Shown here piece after piece: positions 45,490 through 55,547 of a stretch of 64,000 nucleotides of DNA. Within the stretch, counting starts at the first letter, position 1. Each line of letters begins with the position of its first letter. Origin of the DNA: Candidatus Poribacteria bacterium (GTDB taxonomy: Bacteria > Poribacteria > WGA-4E > PCPOR2b); assembly GCA_965198175.1 (NCBI GenBank), contig OZ240245.1, positions 800,001 to 864,000 on the forward strand, given 5' to 3'. A model generated the notes under the pieces. It made no database searches. It was given only the letters and a program-made list of their open reading frames with translations, and was not told the DNA's origin. A program made the position numbers and the translations under genes.

Positions 45490-46842
45490 TTACCCTGAAT
45501 CAAAAATATTCCTGCGGGTGCTTTCGACATCGAAACAGGAGAACTGATTGTTCCGCATGATGCGTGTCGCAATCGCCATCGCGTTCTTTTCGGTCATGTA
45601 CCCCTCGGCGATTTCTGCTTCGAGCGCGCGTTGAATTTCGCGGCGTGCTTGAATCGCGTAACCCACCGTGCCAGTGGGCCAACCCGTATCCCCGCCGAAC
45701 GCGAAGAGCTTATTTGACGGAACCGCATGGAGAAAGCGTCGCAAGAAGTCGCGTGAGCTATACGGGTCAATGCTCCACGCCCAGCAGAGATCTACCCAGA
45801 TGTTGCGGTAGTGTTTCGCAAGTGCTACCAGTTCATCGCTGTAGGGATAGGCGATGTGCATCAAGACGAATTTAGCCTCCGGATAACGGGCGAGTAGGGA
45901 GCACATATTTCCGGCGGGAATCCGGCTCAAAGGCAGTCGGTCATTGCCGGCGTAGTAGCCGGTATGGATTTTGAACGGCAGATTATGCACAATCGACAAT
46001 TCGACGCCGCGCGCCCAACACCAATCGCCGAGGCACAGACGTGTCTCGACGCCCACCGCTTCAGCGGGTTTACTTAACACGGTTTCGAGGGCAGCGGCGG
46101 CTTCCGCGTCGCTCCGCTCGTTCCAGTTAAGGGTTCGGCTGTAGGCGTGCTGGGACTTGACGGCGATTGCGCACGGCGCCCACTTCTCGAAAATTGCCTC
46201 CATTCCTAGTCTCAACGACATCAAGCTTTTTACCTCTACACCGGTTTCGGCGTAGATTTGATTGGAATTAACCTGTCCCTCGCAGAACCCTACCCACGAC
46301 AAATCGTACAGGAAGAAGTCCGGTCCAGAGTGATCCGGCAGGCAAGCCCAGCAAAAGTCGTCGATTTGGACATGATCGAGGTTGGCTGTGTCGTACAGCA
46401 ACCGATAACGCTCACCCGGACGCCGCAACTCCTGAAGTTTTTCTTGTGCGGCTGCTAGACTCTCGCCTGTGATTTCTTCAATTCCATATACCGCCTTTGC
46501 AATCAATCGCACACCCTCGCCGTATCCGGTGAACTGCGACGCTTCCCACGCCTCTCGGATATCCTCGAAACGCATTTGGATGTCGGCGCCGGTAGGATTC
46601 ATCAGTTCTGGTGTGCCGCCGGTTGAAGGGTTTGCATAGGAATAAGGTTCGTTAATGCGCATTAGGCGTTGCATCGCTTCTGTCGATGCGCCAGCCGTAT
46701 GAAGATCTGCGGCAACATAGTTCCCAAAAAGGTCTTGAAGGATATCAGGTCCATTCTCTACCCACTCGTTTTCCTTCTGCAGGTGTTCATGGGTGTCCAC
46801 CAGAGAAATGCCTTGAATGTGATGTGCAAGATCAGTTGCCAT
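45490..46842 (-). CDS. Amidohydrolase-family protein
   Basis: DTHEH, IHTG, LMH, FGGD. Confidence 0.88.
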   Translation of the reverse strand: MATDLAHHIQGISLVDTHEHLQKENEWVENGPDILQDLFGNYVAADLHTAGASTEAMQRLMRINEPYSYANPSTGGTPELMNPTGADIQMRFEDIREAWEASQFTGYGEGVRLIAKAVYGIEEITGESLAAAQEKLQELRRPGERYRLLYDTANLDHVQIDDFCWACLPDHSGPDFFLYDLSWVGFCEGQVNSNQIYAETGVEVKSLMSLRLGMEAIFEKWAPCAIAVKSQHAYSRTLNWNERSDAEAAAALETVLSKPAEAVGVETRLCLGDWCWARGVELSIVHNLPFKIHTGYYAGNDRLPLSRIPAGNMCSLLARYPEAKFVLMHIAYPYSDELVALAKHYRNIWVDLCWAWSIDPYSSRDFLRRFLHAVPSNKLFAFGGDTGWPTGTVGYAIQARREIQRALEAEIAEGYMTEKNAMAIATRIMRNNQFSCFDVESTRRNIFDSG

Positions 46843-46863
46843 AGTGTTATCCTTTCAGCTTCT

Positions 46864-47985
46864 TTACGCGCGCGGCACAATTTCCATCGGATACTCGGAC
46901 AAATTCTCAGCCCCCGCTTCGGTGATGAGGTACATATTTTCGATACGCACGCCGTAGTTCAATGCGTCCGCGTATCCTCCGGGCTCCACGGAAACAACAT
47001 TGCCAACCTCAAGAGTCCCGCCTCGGTCGCGGTTGAGATCAGGCATTTCATGTGCGCGCAACCCGATGGCGTGACCGCCATGATGAACTAAGCCGGTATC
47101 TGCCAGCGCCGGGTGTTCGCGGATTCGCGCGTCAAGTGCGCGCCACACCGCTGTGCCGTCGGTTCCCGGCTTTAAGAGTGCGGGTACTTCTCGCTGAACT
47201 GACGCAATGTGATCGAACACGGACTGCTGGAGGTCTGTCGGCGAACCTCCGACGACGAAGGCGCGAGAGAGGTCCGACCAGTACCCTCGATAACAGGTCC
47301 ATGCATCAACGATGTAGATTTCGCCTTGCACGATGTTTCGGTTTCGGGCGGGACCGTTAAATACCCCGCACTGATAGTCCCCGTCATGAAAGACCTTCTC
47401 ACCCGCTCCCATCATTGCGCCGCGTTGTCCGGCCGCCAGAACGGCGAGTTCGTTTTCGCCCGGTGTAATCGCCTTCTGCACCGCGGTATACGCTGCCAAA
47501 TCCGCTTGAATGCTCTTGCGAATGAGCGCTACCTCATCGGGATCTTTTAGCGATTGCATCGTCCTGAGCAGGTTGTCAACGGCTACCCATTCATCAGGCT
47601 GCAATCCGCTGTCAACGGTTTGCCTGAGCAGATGCGGCATCGCCTCCGCTTGCCAACCCAGCCGTTTGATTGCCCCCGTACCCTGAATTCGTTTTGCCAC
47701 AACTCCACTCATGCCGTCCAAAATGTTGGGATTCAACGTGCCCAGTTTGTTCCATTCGTAGGTGGTACAATCGTCCACACACGACACCCCGTCATCCGTG
47801 TTCGCCACCAGCCAACAACCGCCGCCGGTTTCTAAGAGCAAGAATATGGGAAACTGAGCGGAGAGCATCCCCGTGAAATAATAGACGTCGCGGTAATCTG
47901 TCAGCACGGCTGCGTCAATGTTTTGCGCCGCGAGCTGCTCTCGGAATCTGTGTTGTCTATTGAGACAACCCGATTGTGTCAACAT
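46864..47985 (-). CDS. M24 (Xaa-Pro peptidase-like) metallohydrolase
   Basis: Metal ligands in VD, SD, GH.IG...HE, EPG, RIEN. Confidence 0.9.
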   Translation of the reverse strand: MLTQSGCLNRQHRFREQLAAQNIDAAVLTDYRDVYYFTGMLSAQFPIFLLLETGGGCWLVANTDDGVSCVDDCTTYEWNKLGTLNPNILDGMSGVVAKRIQGTGAIKRLGWQAEAMPHLLRQTVDSGLQPDEWVAVDNLLRTMQSLKDPDEVALIRKSIQADLAAYTAVQKAITPGENELAVLAAGQRGAMMGAGEKVFHDGDYQCGVFNGPARNRNIVQGEIYIVDAWTCYRGYWSDLSRAFVVGGSPTDLQQSVFDHIASVQREVPALLKPGTDGTAVWRALDARIREHPALADTGLVHHGGHAIGLRAHEMPDLNRDRGGTLEVGNVVSVEPGGYADALNYGVRIENMYLITEAGAENLSEYPMEIVPRA

Positions 47986-48033
47986 TAATACTACCTCCTG
48001 TGAATCAACTAGAAATTCGGTATCTTGAATGCT

Positions 48034-48927
48034 TCAATCTGCAAATCTGAAAAACCGCTTTGCAGTTCCACCCATGATGTCATTGTTCTCATCGTCGGAT
48101 AGATTGGGCAACAACTCGTTAATGATGTTTGTGAGCTGACCGTACCCCGGATCTTCCTGAATCCATGGAAAGTCGCTCGCCCACATGAGACGTTTCGAAC
48201 CGTAGATGTCCACCAGGCGCTCGTGCCATCCTGTTAGGTCGTGATAGGGATACGCTTCCACGCTGAAGGCGTACTGGCCCGATAACTGGAGGGTCACGTT
48301 TTCATATCGGGAGAGTCGGTAGGTCGTATGAAATGCGGGATTGTACATCGGCGTTTCAACTTGCGGGCGTCCTTTTTCATCTATGAAGAATTTTCCTTTG
48401 CCGGGACAAACCCCAAGATGGTTTAAGACGACCCTAACTTGGGGAAACGCTTCCAGTAAATAGGGGATTAGATGCGCGTCAACCGCTTGGGCGTAAAGCG
48501 AGATTAGGTAGTCCTGCGCTGCCGCATGTTCCCAGATACGATAGGTTCTAAATTTCCGAACATCTATTGGGGCAAAGGGGTCCTTAGGTCCTCCAATCGA
48601 GAAAAGTCGAAAGCCGATAATCCCTGTCTCCTGCCCCAATTTGTTCATATGCGGAGCCGGGTCAGAGGTGTCCGAGGGTATCATGCCGATGCCAAGAAAA
48701 CGGTCGGGGAAGGTCTTTAAGCAGTGAAGCAGGTAAGCGTGGTGTTCGATGTCCGCGCCGCCCAACTGTACAAGTACCGCACGGTCAATACTGTGGGCGT
48801 CCATCTCGGCGAGCAGGTTTTCGACTGGCGCTTCCAACTCCGCCGGAGCCAGCGCATCGGTTTCTCGCGGAAACTCGGCGGATGGTTTGGCAAAAACGTG
48901 AACGTGAGCGTCAATTCGAGGCATCAC
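48034..48927 (-). CDS. Amidohydrolase_2 family (lactonase-like)
   Basis: IDAHVH, GFR, NHLG, WASDFP. Confidence 0.88.
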   Translation of the reverse strand: MMPRIDAHVHVFAKPSAEFPRETDALAPAELEAPVENLLAEMDAHSIDRAVLVQLGGADIEHHAYLLHCLKTFPDRFLGIGMIPSDTSDPAPHMNKLGQETGIIGFRLFSIGGPKDPFAPIDVRKFRTYRIWEHAAAQDYLISLYAQAVDAHLIPYLLEAFPQVRVVLNHLGVCPGKGKFFIDEKGRPQVETPMYNPAFHTTYRLSRYENVTLQLSGQYAFSVEAYPYHDLTGWHERLVDIYGSKRLMWASDFPWIQEDPGYGQLTNIINELLPNLSDDENNDIMGGTAKRFFRFAD

Positions 48928-49640
48928 TCCTCCAGGCTGAAAAGTCTTCGACGCTCCGCCGTAGTACAGTAGTGAGCGATGGAGGCGTGGGCTTCCGGTG
49001 GTACACGGTTCGGGGTGTATTTCTCATAAATCAGAATGACGGATTTTCTGGGTGTGCCTGTAGGGTTATCCATAGCGGCATGCCATCCGTAGGAGTTAAA
49101 CATGATGGCGGTACCTGCTTTGCCGGGAAAGGTTTTGTGGCCGGGCATGCATTCCAACCGGGGCACTCTGGAATAAGGACCTGCGTCCGGTTTGTGGCTG
49201 CCCGGCACGAAAGCAAATTCGCCGCATTTGGGTTGCACGTCGTTCACATAGACCTGAACTTTGATATGCAGTGGATTGCTGTGGGGTACGTCGGGGTGCC
49301 AACCGGAGTAACTAACTGGCGATGGTGGGACGGTTCGGGCTTGCGGTCCCAGCAAGATTACATCCCCATCCGTGAACTCCTTGAGATAGGGGTAGTAGCT
49401 GGGATGGTCAACCAAGTCCACGAAGATTTCGTCCTTTTCAAAAACACTTGGAATGTCATAAAACGTATTCACCGCTTCGCCGGCTTCGGCACGCTCTAGC
49501 CAATCGGATTTGCACCGTTCCGCCCAGAAGTCAAAGGCACGCTGAAGTCGTGCCAGCTCTTCAGCCTGAATTGCATTGTCAAATAAGAGATAGCCTTCCT
49601 CTTCCCATTGCGCCCGTTGCAATTCAGTACACTTAGCCAT
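48924..49640 (-). CDS. Phytanoyl-CoA dioxygenase (PhyH) family Fe(II)/2OG oxygenase
   Basis: WHPD (HxD), VPGSH, WH...N, R. Confidence 0.92.
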   Translation of the reverse strand: MAKCTELQRAQWEEEGYLLFDNAIQAEELARLQRAFDFWAERCKSDWLERAEAGEAVNTFYDIPSVFEKDEIFVDLVDHPSYYPYLKEFTDGDVILLGPQARTVPPSPVSYSGWHPDVPHSNPLHIKVQVYVNDVQPKCGEFAFVPGSHKPDAGPYSRVPRLECMPGHKTFPGKAGTAIMFNSYGWHAAMDNPTGTPRKSVILIYEKYTPNRVPPEAHASIAHYCTTAERRRLFSLEE

Positions 49641-49739
49641 AATGGATTCTCGGTTTTAGGATGGGGACTATACCAGTGGTTATGCTTTGTAATAGCCAAC
49701 CCCAGATGAGAATAGGCGCATTCAGCAAAAAATTGCTTG

Positions 49740-50705
49740 CTACCAACCCCGCGCCTGTTCGATAATCTTCACATTGTCAAGCCCATTTTCTGCAGTGACG
49801 ATGAGTTCCTCTTCCCCTCTGACCGCCCGGCTGAAAGCTTCAGCCTGATTCTGGTAGAGCGGTGCCATTGGGGCTTCGGAAACATCCGCATCCGCGCCAG
49901 CTCGGCTCTGGGTGACAGTTCCTCCACCACCGAATAGGGTCCCATCCAAGATGCAGTACCCCTCGCTGCCGTAGAGTTCAAGCCTGGGCGCGGGCGCCCC
50001 CACTGCCGTAGAGGCATCTGCAACGCCGACTGCACCATTCTGAAACCGTATCGTGACAACGGCGTGGTCATCCGTTTCCAAACCGAAACGCAGGTTGGAC
50101 AGTTCCCCATGCACCGCAGACGCATCCCCTAAAAACCAGCGGAGGAGATCGATGCCGTGCGTACCGACATCATTTATCGCCCAACCGCCGCTTGTCTCCT
50201 TTTTCGCCCGCCAAGTCGTGGGCGCCTCCCCGTATGGGAAGTAAATTTGTGCTCGCGCGTAGATTGGGGCTCCGAATTGTCCCTCGCTCCACCCCTGTTG
50301 CAATTCTTGGTGAAGTGGATGATGCCGCATATGATAACCGACGCTAAGCAGTTTGCCTGTCCGTTCGGCTGCGAGTATCATAGATTCGCACTCGGCGGCG
50401 GTGACAGCCATCGTCTTCTCACACAGGACATGTTTGCCATGCTCTAGCGCCGCAATTGTCTGCTTAGCGTGGAGGTTTTGCGGAGTGGCGATCCAGATCG
50501 CTTCCACCTCATCGTCTGCGAGGAACGTCTCAAGATTGCTGTAGCCCTTTTCCACGCTGTGTTTCTGACAAAATGCGTCTGCGTTTACCTGATTACTGCT
50601 CAACACGGCGTGGAGCCGAGCATTACTTGCACCCTGAATCGCTGGGCCAAACATTGAGTCTGCCCACGCCGTTGAACCCATAATTCCCCAAGCAACGTGT
50701 TCCAT
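49740..50705 (-). CDS. Gfo/Idh/MocA oxidoreductase
   Basis: ATP..H, GKHVLCEK, GG...D...H.ID. Confidence 0.92.
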   Translation of the reverse strand: MEHVAWGIMGSTAWADSMFGPAIQGASNARLHAVLSSNQVNADAFCQKHSVEKGYSNLETFLADDEVEAIWIATPQNLHAKQTIAALEHGKHVLCEKTMAVTAAECESMILAAERTGKLLSVGYHMRHHPLHQELQQGWSEGQFGAPIYARAQIYFPYGEAPTTWRAKKETSGGWAINDVGTHGIDLLRWFLGDASAVHGELSNLRFGLETDDHAVVTIRFQNGAVGVADASTAVGAPAPRLELYGSEGYCILDGTLFGGGGTVTQSRAGADADVSEAPMAPLYQNQAEAFSRAVRGEEELIVTAENGLDNVKIIEQARGW

Positions 50706-50772
50706 ACTGATTCTCCCTTGATTAGCGGGTTGTGTACTATTGCATCTAAAAGGGATAAACAAAAGGAGGCAA

Positions 50773-50850
50773 GGGAGGGCGATAGTTTTTAATGAAGACT
50801 ATCGCCCTCGTTATTCACTCGGTTGATCCCTCGCTATTCACTCGGTTAAT
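50773..50850. repeat. Dispersed inverted-repeat element, copy 2, with a 23-bp tandem duplication
   Basis: GAGGGCGATAGT...ACTATCGCCCTC hairpin; CCCTCGTTATTCACTCGGTTGAT followed by CCCTCGCTATTCACTCGGTTAAT; homologous to 3483-3518. Confidence 0.75.
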
Positions 50851-51850
50851 TTCCTCCGCTTTCGTCCACAGATTCTGTGCTGCTTTCAGCGTCAAATTCT
50901 GCGACGGGCGCCTCTTCCTTCAGATCTGCCGATTTCTTGAGCAGCGAATTGAGGTTTGAACTATACAGCATAAAGATCTGTTCTTTATCCTCGCGTTTTA
51001 CCGGGTTTCTGTCGTTGCCTTCCTCTTGTTTGCCAATGAGCAGGCTCCGTGTTGAAGCGTCGTTCAACTTCGCTGCAACTGTGGCACGTGGGTCATCAAG
51101 TTCATATTCCGCGGGGTCGTCCTCTTCTTCGAAATCGTCTGTTTCCAGTGTGCTGAACTTGTCCAAGAGGTTATCGACTTCTGTCTGGTTAACGGCAGAG
51201 GCAACTGGCTCTAGCATCTGCCATTTGCCTTCGGCGTCAAGCTGAAGCTCAATATCCTCTTCTTCTGATATGATGGTCAGGTGGGTAACGTCTCCCTTAT
51301 TGAAATTGAATATTTTCCGATCCTTCCACGTCCGGTACCCTCTGTCGAAAGTCGCTTTGAGATAACCTTCGTCGGTGTAGACGTTATTGGAATCTGCGGC
51401 ACGAATATAGCTGCTGAAGACACCGGGGGTTGTCTTTCCCACGAAAAGGTGAGCGAGTATATTGTCGTTTGCATCCGAGAACTTAGCTTCCGCACCAGAG
51501 CTATCCACTTGAAAGACCGACTGTTTTTCGGGATTCGCGGAGACCAGATCGACGGCTTTGAATCCGGCAACTTTGTCGAACATCTCATCAACGGCTTCCT
51601 GATCCGCAGGATAATTGTCCATTGATGCCACCAACCACTGATTACCTTCTTTGACGAGGGTCGTTGTTTCCCCTAATGCGGTGATTTCGATTCGAGTTAC
51701 GTTTTCGCGCTTGAAGTCGGGGACCAGTGGTAACGCCGCCTCAACTTTCTTCTCGCGTTCGCTCTTACCGAACGGATTCTCAAGCATCAAGACGAGTAAC
51801 CCTAACACCACCAAAACGCCAATTAAAACCAGGAGTTGCTTCGTTTTCAT
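50846..51850 (-). CDS. DUF4340-domain membrane-anchored protein
   Basis: N-terminal TM; two repeats with W...YPAD / WQM..P, WKDR, LLIGK; last gene of the Gld-like operon. Confidence 0.85.
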   Translation of the reverse strand: MKTKQLLVLIGVLVVLGLLVLMLENPFGKSEREKKVEAALPLVPDFKRENVTRIEITALGETTTLVKEGNQWLVASMDNYPADQEAVDEMFDKVAGFKAVDLVSANPEKQSVFQVDSSGAEAKFSDANDNILAHLFVGKTTPGVFSSYIRAADSNNVYTDEGYLKATFDRGYRTWKDRKIFNFNKGDVTHLTIISEEEDIELQLDAEGKWQMLEPVASAVNQTEVDNLLDKFSTLETDDFEEEDDPAEYELDDPRATVAAKLNDASTRSLLIGKQEEGNDRNPVKREDKEQIFMLYSSNLNSLLKKSADLKEEAPVAEFDAESSTESVDESGGN

Positions 51851-51879
51851 GATCAAATCTGGGTTGGAATTAACCACAA

Positions 51880-53535
51880 CTAAACTGTACCATAGGCTTC
51901 AACCAACCGTTTTGCCCTCCTTCTCAATAGGTAACGAATTAATCCCAAGGCGACCACAAGTATCGGGACGCCAGCAATGCTTACAAATTTAAGGAAAGAT
52001 TTCTCACTCTCGGAGACCTCTTTTAGCGGACGATCTGTTACACCGTGGGATCGGATGTGGATGAGATCATCGCCGAGCGTGAGCCAATCTATTGTGTTAA
52101 AGAAAAATGTCCGCTCATTTTGCCCGCCGAATTGCAAAAACGCAGAATTCCCGACCACAATTATCTGTGTAGTTTCACTTTCCGTTATTGTCGTTCGATC
52201 TTCACTTGTCGGTGTTTCCGCTTGAACTTCATCTTGAGCCTCATCGGATGTGCTCGTTTCGTTAGACGGGATATCTTTGTCCGCGTAAAAACTCTTGAAA
52301 ACCCCTGAGAGCGATGCCGCAACTGTATGACTTTTTCGCGCCGATGATGGGGGCCTGAGTTGAGCATTCGGGGCGATGTCATAGGGACTCTGCACAGTCC
52401 AGCTCTCTCCAGTTGTTTTCGCAAGCGCAATCGCCTCAATGGCGTCTTCTTCTTGCGGCAGTAACTCGAGTGAACTCGCCCAATTCAACGTCAAGCTTTC
52501 CAACTGGCTGGTGATAATGCTATCATCGGATAACCCTTTTGAAATCTCGCCCGAGCGAAAGCGGAATTGTTTAAGGATTCTAACAAAATACGGATAGTCA
52601 CTTCTAACGCTGAAGTACCCTTGTGTGTAAGACAGTTGCCCCTGAGAAATATCAAGCACGAGATCATTGCCGAGTTTGACGCCGTAATGCTCCAGCAAAT
52701 CATTGAGACCGGTCGTTAGTGGAGTTGCTTGTAATGACCCTTCTGGTATACGAATCGCATCCACTAAGAAAATCGACCGCCCGCCGCGCATAATGAACTG
52801 ATCGATTTCATACTTTTCACCCTCTGTCAACGCTTGCCTCGGACCAGCGACGACCAGTGTCGCAACATCTTTATCGATCTCTATTCCACCGTCAATCGAA
52901 ACTTTTCTGACATTATACTGCTTGCTCAACTCTCGCCGCATTTCGCCAAACCGTTGGGGGTCATCAATATCCAGTTCATCGTGTCCTGAGAGGAATCCAA
53001 GGGTCTTGACTTCCGTTCTCGTCACCTTGAGAATCGCGGAGGTCAAGTCGTATTCAAGCGTGAAGGTGTTTCGGACTACCGGCAGAATTTCCTTTTTGTC
53101 TTCATAAATTACGGCAAGCCCCATATAAACGTTGGCGACTTGCGCTTTATCCTTCTCAATGACGTTCACTTGCAATTCAGGGATGCCCATGAACCGAATC
53201 TTGTTCTTTTCTCCTTCATCATCGCTGGGATCGATAATGTCGATCTGCAGCTTGTTTGAGAAAGCGCGGTACTCGTCAAGTACATCGCGGACATCACGAC
53301 GAATTTGCGCGACCCGCGCGGGCTCCCGCGAAAAATAGGCGTTAATTGTTACGACATCGTCGAGACGCTTGAGGACATCCTTCGTCGATGATGAAATGGT
53401 GTACCGCTTGTCATCAGTCAGATCTCCTCTCACGAATCGGCGGCTTGACAGGAAGTTGATAGCCACAACAATACCAAATAATACGAGGATAAAGACGAGT
53501 GTATTGCCTCCATATTTCAGTGTTCTAGTTGCCAC
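51880..53535 (-). CDS. GldG-like ABC auxiliary component
   Basis: DLT.DKRYTIS, EYDLT.AI, GFLSGHDE, MRGG, N.IDWL; TM at both ends. Confidence 0.9.
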   Translation of the reverse strand: MATRTLKYGGNTLVFILVLFGIVVAINFLSSRRFVRGDLTDDKRYTISSSTKDVLKRLDDVVTINAYFSREPARVAQIRRDVRDVLDEYRAFSNKLQIDIIDPSDDEGEKNKIRFMGIPELQVNVIEKDKAQVANVYMGLAVIYEDKKEILPVVRNTFTLEYDLTSAILKVTRTEVKTLGFLSGHDELDIDDPQRFGEMRRELSKQYNVRKVSIDGGIEIDKDVATLVVAGPRQALTEGEKYEIDQFIMRGGRSIFLVDAIRIPEGSLQATPLTTGLNDLLEHYGVKLGNDLVLDISQGQLSYTQGYFSVRSDYPYFVRILKQFRFRSGEISKGLSDDSIITSQLESLTLNWASSLELLPQEEDAIEAIALAKTTGESWTVQSPYDIAPNAQLRPPSSARKSHTVAASLSGVFKSFYADKDIPSNETSTSDEAQDEVQAETPTSEDRTTITESETTQIIVVGNSAFLQFGGQNERTFFFNTIDWLTLGDDLIHIRSHGVTDRPLKEVSESEKSFLKFVSIAGVPILVVALGLIRYLLRRRAKRLVEAYGTV

Positions 53536-53539
53536 AAGG

Positions 53540-54256
53540 CTACCTCCATTTCCGACTTTCAAGAGATAAAACGCTCAGATACAGGAAGAAACCGATAACG
53601 GATAGATAGTAGATGAGATCTCGGGAATCGATAACCCCTCTTAGAATGCTGCTAAAATGCGCCCCTAACCCGAGATAGCTGAAAATCGGGACAATCCAGT
53701 TTGGAGCGTTGAAAAGCACAATATCATCACCGATGATGAGGAGTACAAAGGACATCACGATTCCGAGAATGAGAGCGACGATTTGATTTTCCGTCAAAGT
53801 AGAGGCGAGAAGTCCAATCGAAAGGTAAGCTCCGCCCATCAGAATGAGCCCAATATAGCCTCCCACGATTGGACCGCTATCGGAATCGCCCAAGTAGGCG
53901 ACCGTCATTGGCACCGAAAAGGAGAAAGCAATCGTCAATGTGAGCAGGGCAAAACTCGCGAGGTATTTGCCGATGACGACTTCGTAATCCTTGATCGGTA
54001 AGGTCATCAAGATTTCAACCGTGCCTATCTTCTTCTCTTCTGCCCAGAGTTTCATCGTCACTGCTGGTATAAAGAAAAGAAATAGCCAAGGCATTAGCCC
54101 AAAGTAGCCCCGCAACTCGGCTTGGTTGACGATGAAAAAGCTACGAAAAAAAAGCCAAGCGGACAAAAATAAGAAAAATGTTATAAAAATGTACGCGATT
54201 GGAGAATTAAAGTAGCTTCTGAACTCCTTCTTGAAAATGGCTGCGATGTTGTTCAT
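53540..54256 (-). CDS. ABC-2 permease, GldF-like
   Basis: KEFRSYFNSPIAY, PAVTM, EE.K.GT.E.L.T.P, TENQIVA. Confidence 0.92.
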   Translation of the reverse strand: MNNIAAIFKKEFRSYFNSPIAYIFITFFLFLSAWLFFRSFFIVNQAELRGYFGLMPWLFLFFIPAVTMKLWAEEKKIGTVEILMTLPIKDYEVVIGKYLASFALLTLTIAFSFSVPMTVAYLGDSDSGPIVGGYIGLILMGGAYLSIGLLASTLTENQIVALILGIVMSFVLLIIGDDIVLFNAPNWIVPIFSYLGLGAHFSSILRGVIDSRDLIYYLSVIGFFLYLSVLSLESRKWR

Positions 54257-54402
54257 AAGCCTTCGTATCCAGCCTCCTCGAAAATTATTATTACATGCTT
54301 TGGATGTGCTCCCACCAGATATCTTAATAAACCGCTCTCTGACGATAGCCATGTTTGAGACGGAAAATAGTAAGATCTCACGGGTAAGATAGACAACGCT
54401 TC

Positions 54403-55362
54403 TTACGCATTACGCATAACATCCGCAGATTCGCTGCCAGTCAACTGCAGGAACACATCTTCCAGACTAACCGTTTCCTGACGCAACTCCGACAGACTCC
54501 AGTGATTCTCAACGACAAACTGGAAAATTTCCTCTGCCGCGTTTTTACCTTCCTTTTGAGACGCAATCCGGTATCCGAGAACCTCATCGTCGGCTTTCAC
54601 GCACTTGAAGTCGGAGACAAAACTCAGTTCATTGAGTTTCGCCTCAATCTCCTCACGGGGTCCGCGAATGGAGATGTGGACAACTTCTTGCCTCTTTGCG
54701 CGTCCCGCTAATTCCTCCGGCGTGCCGTTTGCTACAAGACGCCCCTCATTGATAATCAAGATTCGGCTGCATGTCGCAGAGACCTCCGGCAGAATATGTG
54801 AACTGAAAATAACCATCTTCTCTTTGCCGATTTCTTTAATCAGATTGCGAATTTCTATGATTTGGCTAGGGTCAAGTCCAGAGGTGGCTTCATCAAGGAT
54901 GAGGATTGATGGGGCGTGGATGAGGGCTTGTGACAAGCCGAGGCGCTGTCGATAACCTTTGGAGAGTTCGCCGACATCCTTCTGAATGACTTTCTCAAGC
55001 CCACACATGTCAATTGCCTCTCTAATCCGCTCTTTTCGCTGACTCTTTGGAATATTGCGAATCTGAGCGATAAATTTGAGATAATCAATGACGCCCATAT
55101 CCGTGTAGAGCGGTGCGCTTTCGGGCAAATAACCAATCTGCTTTCGGACTTCAATGGACTCCTCAAAAACGTCGTATCCCGCGACTTTAGCCGTACCTGC
55201 ATCTGCCGATAGATAGCACGTCAAGATACGCATCGTTGTGGTTTTTCCTGCGCCGTTTGGACCAAGGAAGCCCAATACTTCACCAGCTTTTGCATCGAAG
55301 GAAACATCGTTTACAGCGACAGTTGCGCCGTACCGTTTGGTCAAATTTCTGACTTCAATCAT
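54403..55362 (-). CDS. ABC ATP-binding protein, GldA-like
   Basis: GPNGAGKTT, LSKGYRQR, ILDE. Confidence 0.95.
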   Translation of the reverse strand: MIEVRNLTKRYGATVAVNDVSFDAKAGEVLGFLGPNGAGKTTTMRILTCYLSADAGTAKVAGYDVFEESIEVRKQIGYLPESAPLYTDMGVIDYLKFIAQIRNIPKSQRKERIREAIDMCGLEKVIQKDVGELSKGYRQRLGLSQALIHAPSILILDEATSGLDPSQIIEIRNLIKEIGKEKMVIFSSHILPEVSATCSRILIINEGRLVANGTPEELAGRAKRQEVVHISIRGPREEIEAKLNELSFVSDFKCVKADDEVLGYRIASQKEGKNAAEEIFQFVVENHWSLSELRQETVSLEDVFLQLTGSESADVMRNA

Positions 55363-55547
55363 ATAGGTTTATCACCTCGATTATGGATTTGCGAGAACCG
55401 AAGTTTAATGACGAAACGAACACAAATAATATCACGTTGACAAAAATCTCGTCAAGAAAATAATGTACCAATTTACTGTCTTATCAACCAGCCGTAGAGG
55501 CGCGCCATGGCGAATTTCCAAAATTCGCGTGGATGCGGCATAATCTG

